Of a stretch of 43,172 nt of DNA, positions 36,708 to 43,172 are shown piece after piece. Each line of letters opens with the position of its first letter. Within the stretch, counting starts at the first letter, position 1. Source of the stretch: a virus (lineage: Duplodnaviria; Heunggongvirae; Uroviricota; Caudoviricetes); IMG/VR virus record IMGVR_UViG_2675903609_000006; one strand, given 5' to 3'. A model generated the notes under the pieces. The model was not told the origin of the DNA, made no database searches, and saw nothing but the letters and a program-made list of their open reading frames with translations. The position numbers were made by a program, and so were the translations under genes.

Positions 36708-37532
36708 ATGTCTCAGAACTTAGACGCAACCGCAATTAATCAAATCCATGCCCTTATTTCTGCTCAGGGTGTTAATGAAATTATCAGTAAGATTGGTGCC
36801 GATGCTGTGGCATTGCCTGAGAATTTCCGCATTCATGATCTGGAAAAATTTAATTTAAATCGCTTCCGTTTCCGTGGTGCGCTTTCCACTGCCAGCATCG
36901 ATGACTTTACCCGTTATTCTAAAGATCTTGCAGATGAAGGCACCCGCTGCTTTATCGATGCTGATAATATGCGTGCCGTCAGTGTGCTTAACCTGGGTAC
37001 TATTGATGAACCAGGTCACGCAGATAACACCGCCACACTCAAACTGAAAAAGACAGCACCGTTCTCTGCTCTGTTGTCTGTTAACGGCGAGCGTAACTCC
37101 CAGAAGTCACTGGCAGAATGGATTGAAGACTGGGCCGACTATCTTGTGGGCTTTGATGCTAATGGTGACGCTATTCAGGCAACAAAAGCGGCTGCGGCTG
37201 TCCGTAAAATCACGATTGAAGCAAACCAGACCGCTGATTTTGAAGATAATGACTTCAGCGGCAAACGCTCCCTGATGGAGTCTGTCGAAGCGAAGACCAA
37301 AGACATTATGCCAGTGGCATTTGAATTTAAATGCGTTCCGTTTGAAGGTCTGAAAGAACGTCCGTTTAAATTACGCCTCAGTATTATCACTGGCGATCGT
37401 CCTGTACTGGTTCTGCGCATTATTCAGCTGGAGGCGGTGCAGGAAGAAATGGCTAACGAATTTCGTGATCTGCTTGTTGAGAAATTCAAGGACAGCAAAG
37501 TAGAAACCTTTATTGGTACTTTCACCGCCTGA
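36708..37532 (+). CDS. DUF2303-family protein (YfdQ-like)
   Basis: 274 aa; resembles recalled CPS-53 YfdQ. Confidence 0.65.
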   Translation: MSQNLDATAINQIHALISAQGVNEIISKIGADAVALPENFRIHDLEKFNLNRFRFRGALSTASIDDFTRYSKDLADEGTRCFIDADNMRAVSVLNLGTIDEPGHADNTATLKLKKTAPFSALLSVNGERNSQKSLAEWIEDWADYLVGFDANGDAIQATKAAAAVRKITIEANQTADFEDNDFSGKRSLMESVEAKTKDIMPVAFEFKCVPFEGLKERPFKLRLSIITGDRPVLVLRIIQLEAVQEEMANEFRDLLVEKFKDSKVETFIGTFTA

Positions 37533-37659
37533 TTTCATTACTGCAAATGCCCCTGCGGGGGCATTTATGGAAACGTAATTTACTCAATAATCGCCGGATG
37601 GTGAGGGATTCTTTTTACCAGAATTCAGCGCGGTGCAGCGCATATACGTGGAGAACAAA

Positions 37660-38196
37660 ATGTCATTTATTAAAACTTTTTCCGGGAAGCATTTTTATTA
37701 TGACAGGATAAATAAAGACGACATCGATATTAACGATATCGCGGTTTCCCTTTCAAATATCTGTCGCTTTGCCGGTCATCTTTCGCACTTCTACAGCGTC
37801 GCCCAACATGCGGTTCTTTGCAGCCAGTTGGTGCCGCAGGAATTTGCTTTTGAAGCGTTAATGCATGATGCAACAGAAGCGTATTGCCAGGACATTCCCG
37901 CACCACTGAAACGCCTTCTTCCTGACTATAAACAAATGGAAGAAAAAATAGACGCCGTAATCCGTGAGAAATACGGGTTACCCCCAGTTATGAGTACGCC
38001 CGTGAAATATGCCGATCTCATCATGCTGGCAACCGAACGCCGCGATCTCGGGCTTGATGATGGCTCTTTCTGGCCTGTACTGGAAGGTATCCCGGCAACA
38101 GAGATGTTCAACGTGATTCCACTGGCACCGGGCCATGCCTACGGGATGTTTATGGAACGCTTTAACGAGTTATCGGAGTTACGCAAATGCGCATGA
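37660..38196 (+). CDS. HD-domain phosphohydrolase (YfdR-like)
   Basis: H...HD motif (LMHDATEAY); start taken at MSFIKTF with an upstream GGAG. Confidence 0.6.
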   Translation: MSFIKTFSGKHFYYDRINKDDIDINDIAVSLSNICRFAGHLSHFYSVAQHAVLCSQLVPQEFAFEALMHDATEAYCQDIPAPLKRLLPDYKQMEEKIDAVIREKYGLPPVMSTPVKYADLIMLATERRDLGLDDGSFWPVLEGIPATEMFNVIPLAPGHAYGMFMERFNELSELRKCA

Positions 38197-38549
38197 ATGT
38201 TTTCGAAATGGAAGGGTTTCTTCGTGGGAGATGTGTACCGCGAGATCTGAAAGTAAATGAAACAGATGCTGAATACCTGGTGCGTAAATTCGATGCGCTT
38301 GAAGCTAAATGTGCAGCACAGGAAAACAAAGTAATACCAGTGTCAACTGAACTGCCACCAGCAAATGAAAGTGTTTTGTTATTCGATGCTAACGGAGAAG
38401 GCTGGCTAATTGGCTGGCGTTCTCTCTGGTACACCTGGGGACAAAAAGAAACCGGAGAATGGCAGTGGACATTTCAGGTCGGGGACCTTGAAAACGTCAA
38501 TATCACTCACTGGGCAGTAATGCCAAAAGCACCGGAGGCTGGAGCATAA
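38187..38549 (+). CDS. DUF551-like protein (YfdS-like)
   Basis: 120 aa, Trp-rich C-terminal domain; position in the early operon. Confidence 0.45.
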   Translation: MRMNVFEMEGFLRGRCVPRDLKVNETDAEYLVRKFDALEAKCAAQENKVIPVSTELPPANESVLLFDANGEGWLIGWRSLWYTWGQKETGEWQWTFQVGDLENVNITHWAVMPKAPEAGA

Positions 38550-38854
38550 TGACCACTTTTACCGACAAAGAACTGATTAAAGAAATTAAAGAGCGTATCA
38601 GCAGCCTTGACGTGCGAGACGATATTGAGCGCCGTGCTTATGAAATCGCACTCCTATCTCTGGAAGTAGAACCAGATGAACGCGAAGCTTATGAATTATT
38701 CATGGAAAAGCGTTTCGGTGACTTAGTAGATCGTCGGAGAGCAAAAAACGGCGATAACGAATACATGGCATGGGATATGACTCTCGGTTGGATCGTCTGG
38801 CAGCAACGAGCTGGTATCCATTTTTCAACAATGTCACAGCAAGAGGTGAAATAA
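38549..38854 (+). CDS. Hypothetical early protein (YfdT-like)
   Basis: 101-aa ORF with ATGA-type coupling to the upstream gene. Confidence 0.45.
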   Translation: MTTFTDKELIKEIKERISSLDVRDDIERRAYEIALLSLEVEPDEREAYELFMEKRFGDLVDRRRAKNGDNEYMAWDMTLGWIVWQQRAGIHFSTMSQQEVK

Positions 38855-39204
38855 TGGAGCCATACAGCCTCACACTCGATGAGGCCTGTCATTTTCTCAA
38901 GATATCCAGACCGACTGCCATTAACTGGATACGCACAGGGCGTCTTCAGGCAACACGCAAAGATCCCACTAAGAATAAATCTCCTTACCTCACAACACGA
39001 CAAGCCTGCATTGCGGCTCTTCAGTCTCCGCTGCATACTGTCCAGGTGAGCGCGGGTGATGGCATAACAGAGGAAAGAAAATGTCACTCTTCCGCAGAGG
39101 TGAAATATGGTACGCCAGTTTCACATTGCCGAACGGTAAAAGATTTAAACAGTCTCTTGGAACAAAGGACAAAAGGCAGGCGACAGAACTCCATGACAAG
39201 CTAA
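38854..39204 (+). CDS. Excisionase-like HTH protein (3' end uncertain)
   Basis: ATG at 38854 preceded by AAGAGG; N-terminal HTH-like segment; frame overlaps the int start by ~120 nt. Confidence 0.4.
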   Translation: MEPYSLTLDEACHFLKISRPTAINWIRTGRLQATRKDPTKNKSPYLTTRQACIAALQSPLHTVQVSAGDGITEERKCHSSAEVKYGTPVSHCRTVKDLNSLLEQRTKGRRQNSMTS

Positions 39205-40244
39205 AGGCTGAAGCATGGCGGGTCAGCAAACTTGGTGAAATACCTGATATAACGTTCGAGGAAGCGTGTGTCAGGTGGCTTGAAGAGAAAGCACATAAAA
39301 AATCACTGGACGATGACAAAAGCCGGATCGGATTCTGGCTTCAACATTTCGCAGGAATACAACTAAGAGACATTACTGAATCAAAAATTTATTCAGCAAT
39401 GCAGAAAATGACGAACCGGCGTCATGAGGAAAACTGGAAACTCAGGGCAGAATCATGCAGAAAAAAAGGGAAACCTGTTCCAGAATACACGCCAAAACCA
39501 GCGTCCGTTGCAACGAAGGCTACGCATCTTTCATTTATAAAGGCCCTACTAAGAGCCGCAGAGCGTGAATGGAAAATGCTGGATAAGGCACCAATTATTA
39601 AAGTGCCTCAACCAAAGAATAAACGGATCCGCTGGCTGGAGCCCCATGAAGCACAAAGGCTGATTGATGAATGTCCGGAGCCATTAAAGTCTGTTGTTGA
39701 ATTTGCACTGGCAACAGGCTTAAGACGCTCGAACATCATCAACCTTGAATGGCAACAAATAGATATGCAGCGCCGGGTGGCATGGATAAACCCGGAAGAG
39801 AGTAAATCAAACCGCGCAATTGGCGTTGCGCTGAATGATACTGCATGTCGCGTATTGAAAAAACAAATCGGGAATCATCACCGTTGGGTATTTGTGTACA
39901 AGGAAAGCTGTACCAAACCAGACGGAACGAAAGCGCCAACAGTAAGGAAGATGCGGTATGACGCAAACACAGCCTGGAAAGCGGCGCTGAGACGGGCTGG
40001 TATTGATGATTTCAGATTTCACGACTTGAGACACACCTGGGCAAGTTGGCTGGTTCAAGCCGGAGTCCCGTTGTCAGTTTTACAGGAAATGGGAGGCTGG
40101 GAGTCTATCGAAATGGTTCGTCGATATGCTCACCTTGCACCTAATCACCTTACCGAACACGCACGGCAAATAGACTCGATCCTGAACCCATCGGTCCCAA
40201 ATTTGTCCCAGTCAAAAAATAAGGAAGGTACTAATGATGTGTAA
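39081..40244 (+). CDS. int: Tyrosine integrase (site-specific recombinase)
   Basis: 387 aa with catalytic motifs ([24 protein letters not shown]...RYAH); ends 15 nt before the tRNA. Confidence 0.9.
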   Translation: MSLFRRGEIWYASFTLPNGKRFKQSLGTKDKRQATELHDKLKAEAWRVSKLGEIPDITFEEACVRWLEEKAHKKSLDDDKSRIGFWLQHFAGIQLRDITESKIYSAMQKMTNRRHEENWKLRAESCRKKGKPVPEYTPKPASVATKATHLSFIKALLRAAEREWKMLDKAPIIKVPQPKNKRIRWLEPHEAQRLIDECPEPLKSVVEFALATGLRRSNIINLEWQQIDMQRRVAWINPEESKSNRAIGVALNDTACRVLKKQIGNHHRWVFVYKESCTKPDGTKAPTVRKMRYDANTAWKAALRRAGIDDFRFHDLRHTWASWLVQAGVPLSVLQEMGGWESIEMVRRYAHLAPNHLTEHARQIDSILNPSVPNLSQSKNKEGTNDV

Positions 40245-40258
40245 CTTATTGATTTTAA

Positions 40259-40304
40259 TGGTGCCGATAATAGGAGTCGAACCTACGACCTTCGCATTAC
40301 GAAT
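40259..40304. repeat. Proximal attachment-site core (3' 46 nt of the tRNA)
   Basis: Identical to 433-478. Confidence 0.8.
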
Positions 40305-40334
40305 GCGCTGCTCTACCAACTGAGCTATATCGGC
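40259..40334 (-). tRNA. thrW: tRNA-Thr (anticodon CGT) - integration target
   Basis: Reverse complement reads GCCGATATAGCTCAGTTGGTAGAGCAGCGCATTCGTAATGCGAAGGTCGTAGGTTCGACTCCTATTATCGGCACCA (76 nt, CCA end at 40259). Confidence 0.9.
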
Positions 40335-40448
40335 CCTGAAAGGACATGTTCACGAACGTGAATCACGGTGGACAAGGTTAAAACTAACCGGGCGATGCGT
40401 CAATGGCCTTGTGAATCAAATGGCTACTTTTGCATCACCCGGTTTTAT

Positions 40449-41765
40449 TTACGCACGAATGGTGTAATCACCAATGCCGATCCACTTGTAAGTGGTCAGT
40501 GCTTCCAGCCCCATTGGGCCACGCGCGTGGAGTTTTTGTGTGCTTACCGCCACTTCCGCACCCAGACCAAACTGGCCGCCGTCGGTAAAACGCGTAGAGG
40601 CGTTAACGTAAACAGCGGACGAATCCACTTCGTTAACAAAACGCTGGGCGTTGCGCATATCGCGGGTCAGGATCGCATCGGAGTGTTGTGTGCCGTGTTC
40701 ACGAATATGGGCGATGGCATCGTCAAGATCGCTGACGATTTTGACGTTCAAATCTAATGACAGAAACTCATCGTCATACTCTTCGGCTTTAACCGCCACC
40801 ACCTTCGCAGGGCCTGCCTGCAACTGTGTCAGCGCAGCTGCATCTGCGTGTAATGTCACGCCGCTTTCCGCCATTTGTTTGCTTAATGCGGGCAGGAAGC
40901 TATCGGCGATGTTTTTATTCACCAGCAACGTTTCAACCGTATTACATGTGCTCGGACGCTGAGTTTTCGCGTTGACGATCACTTTTAATGCTTCAGCGAT
41001 CTCTGCACTTTCATCAACGTAAATATGGCATACGCCTATACCACCTGTGATCACCGGGATTGTCGACTGTTCACGGCACAGTTTATGCAAACCAGCGCCA
41101 CCACGCGGGATCAGCATGTCGATGTATTTATCCATACGCAGCATTTCACTGACCAGCGCACGGTCAGGATTATCAATCGCCTGCACGGCACCCGCCGGTA
41201 AGCCACAGGATTTCAGGGCGTCCTGAATCACCGCCACCGTTGCCGCGTTAGTGCGACAGGTTTCTTTACCACCACGCAGGATCACCGCATTACCGGTTTT
41301 CAGGCACAGCGAAGCGACATCAACCGTCACGTTCGGGCGCGCTTCATAAATCACGCCAATAACCCCCAGCGGTACGCGACGACGCTCAAGACGCAGGCCG
41401 CTGTCCAGTACGCCGCCATCGANNNNNNNNNNNNNNNNNNNNNNNNNNNNNNNNNNNNNNNNNNNNNNNNNNNNNNNNNNNNNNNNNNNNNNNNNNNNNN
41501 NNNNNNNNNNNNNNNNNNNNNNNNNNNNNNNNNNNNNNNNNNNNNNNNNNNNNNNNNNNNNNNNNNNNNNNNNNNNNNNNNNNNNNNNNNNNNNNNNNNN
41601 NNNNNNNNNNNNNNNNNNNNNNNNNNNNNNNNNNNNNNNNNNNNNNNNNNNNNNNNNNNNNNNNNNNNNNNNNNNNNNNNNNNNNNNNNNNNNNNNNNNN
41701 NNNNNNNAGAGTTGCGCTAATTTATACGAGGCTTGCTTCGCGGCAATGCCCATTTGTTCCAGCAT
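40449..41765 (-). CDS. proA: Gamma-glutamyl phosphate reductase (interrupted by an N-run)
   Basis: N-terminus [19 protein letters not shown] and C-terminal conserved region; N-run 41423-41707 inside. Confidence 0.9.
   Translation of the reverse strand: MLEQMGIAAKQASYKLAQLXXXXXXXXXXXXXXXXXXXXXXXXXXXXXXXXXXXXXXXXXXXXXXXXXXXXXXXXXXXXXXXXXXXXXXXXXXXXXXXXXXXXXXXXXXXXXXXXDGGVLDSGLRLERRRVPLGVIGVIYEARPNVTVDVASLCLKTGNAVILRGGKETCRTNAATVAVIQDALKSCGLPAGAVQAIDNPDRALVSEMLRMDKYIDMLIPRGGAGLHKLCREQSTIPVITGGIGVCHIYVDESAEIAEALKVIVNAKTQRPSTCNTVETLLVNKNIADSFLPALSKQMAESGVTLHADAAALTQLQAGPAKVVAVKAEEYDDEFLSLDLNVKIVSDLDDAIAHIREHGTQHSDAILTRDMRNAQRFVNEVDSSAVYVNASTRFTDGGQFGLGAEVAVSTQKLHARGPMGLEALTTYKWIGIGDYTIRA
41423..41707. 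other. Run of N (285 nt) - gap or masked sequence
   Basis: Literal n characters. Confidence 1.
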
Positions 41766-41776
41766 CGGCCAGCTCC

Positions 41777-42943
41777 TTAACGGGTAATCATGTCATCACG
41801 GTGAACGGCAACCGGGCCGTATTCATATCCCAGTATTGCATCAATTTCTTGCGAGTGGTGTCCGGCAATACGGCGTAATGCATCGCTGTTGTAACGACTG
41901 ACACCGTGGGCGATATCGCGACCTTCGAGGTTGCAAATGCGGATGACTTCACCACGCGAGAAATTGCCAGTAACGCTTTTAATGCCTTTCGGCAACAGGG
42001 AGCTGCCGCGTTCCAGAATGGCGGCCGTNNNNNNNNNNNNNNNNNNNNNNNNNNNNNNNNNNNNNNNNNNNNNNNNNNNNNNNNNNNNNNNNNNNNNNNN
42101 NNNNNNNNNNNNNNNNNNNNNNNNNNNNNNNNNNNNNNNNNNNNNNNNNNNNNNNNNNNNNNNNNNNNCCTGGGCATGGAACAGCGTACCGACGGAAATG
42201 CCTTCCATCACATCACCAATAACGCCCGGCTTGCTGCCCGCGGCAATAATGGTGTCGATACCCGCACGGCAAGCCACGTCAGCGGCCTGCAATTTAGTAC
42301 TCATGCCGCCAGTTCCGAGGCCTGAAACGCTGTCACCGGCAATCGCGCGCAGTGCGTCATCAATGCCGTAAACATCTTTAATCAGTTCTGCCTGCGGATT
42401 TCTGCGCGGATCAGCGGTATACAAACCTTTTTGATCGGTCAGCAGCAACAGTTTATCGGCACCCGCCAGAATCGCCGCCAGCGCAGAAAGGTTATCGTTA
42501 TCGCCGACCTTAATCTCTGCCGTAGCGACAGCATCGTTCTCATTGATTACCGGAACGATATTGTTATCGAGCAACGCACGCAGGGTGTCGCGGGCGTTCA
42601 GGAAGCGTTCACGGTCTTCCATATCAGCACGGGTCAGCAGCATTTGCCCGACGTGAATGCCATAAATCGAAAACAGCTGTTCCCACAGTTGAATCAGTCG
42701 ACTCTGCCCTACCGCCGCCAGCAGTTGTTTCGAGGCGATAGTCGCTGGCAGTTCCGGGTAACCCAGGTGCTCACGTCCGGCGGCGATCGCGCCCGACGTC
42801 ACAATAACAATCCGATGCCCGGCGGCATGTAACTGCGCGCACTGGCGAACAAGTTCAACGATATGGGCACGGTTCAGACGGCGCGATCCGCCTGTTAGCA
42901 CACTGGTGCCGAGTTTTACCACCAGCGTCTGGCTGTCACTCAT
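41777..42943 (-). CDS. proB: Glutamate 5-kinase (interrupted by an N-run)
   Basis: Start at [19 protein letters not shown] (ATG at 42943), PUA-domain C-terminus ending DDMITR; N-run 42029-42168 inside. Confidence 0.9.
42029..42168. other. Run of N (140 nt) - gap or masked sequence
   Basis: Literal n characters. Confidence 1.
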
Positions 42944-43118
42944 GATTCTCTGCCATTCAATTTTAGGAAAAATGATATCAAACGAACGTTTTAGCAGGAC
43001 TGTCGTCGGTTGCCAACCATCTGCGAGCAAAGCATGGCGTTTTGTTGCGCGGGATCAGCAAGCGTAGCGGCAGTTGTTTACGCTTTTATTACAGATTTAA
43101 TAAATTACCACATTTTCA

Positions 43119-43172
43119 GGTAATGACTCCAACTTACTGATAGTGTTTTATGTTCAGATAATGCCCGATGAC
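43119..43172 (-). mobile_element. IS1 terminal 54 bp (second copy, continues beyond the window)
   Basis: GGTAATGACTCCAACTTACTGATAGTGTTTTATGTTCAGATAATGCCCGATGAC, the same end and orientation as the IS1 at 27549. Confidence 0.9.

Overview
This window is almost entirely one ~39.8 kb temperate prophage (about 479-40258) integrated into the 3' end of tRNA-Thr (thrW, 40259-40334, minus strand) next to the host proline genes proA and proB. A 46-bp copy of the tRNA 3' end at 433-478 marks the distal attachment site, and beyond it lies a frameshifted integrase remnant (1-418), so the site appears to hold tandem elements. The prophage is a mosaic. It carries a tyrosine integrase and excisionase-like gene, an early operon of DUF2303, HD-domain and DUF551-like proteins, a CI/Cro immunity switch with GTAC-type palindromic operators, and an O-like replication initiator with internal iterons. 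It also carries a rusA pseudogene, KilA-N and DUF968 proteins, a Q antiterminator, a lambda-R-like lysis cassette, HK97-like head genes with an HNH endonuclease and terminase, and a Mu/P2-like contractile tail. At the left end is an O-antigen glucosylation (gtrA-gtrB-gtr type-specific) serotype-conversion cluster. An IS3-family element sits in the tail-fibre region, a complete IS1 interrupts a membrane-protein gene, and a second IS1 end lies at the window edge. The observations most worth following up are: (1) an AT-rich two-gene module between Q and the holin (361-aa soluble protein plus a 4-TM membrane protein split by IS1), a candidate defence or abortive-infection cargo; (2) a cluster of T7-promoter-like and SP6-promoter-like motifs with a consensus Shine-Dalgarno and a 40-codon ORF between the HNH and spanin genes, which looks like cloning-vector sequence; (3) an AT-rich module next to the immunity region with a near-consensus promoter and a boxA-like motif. 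All calls rest on reading the sequence and recalled family signatures; no database search was run. Three N-runs interrupt the sequence.
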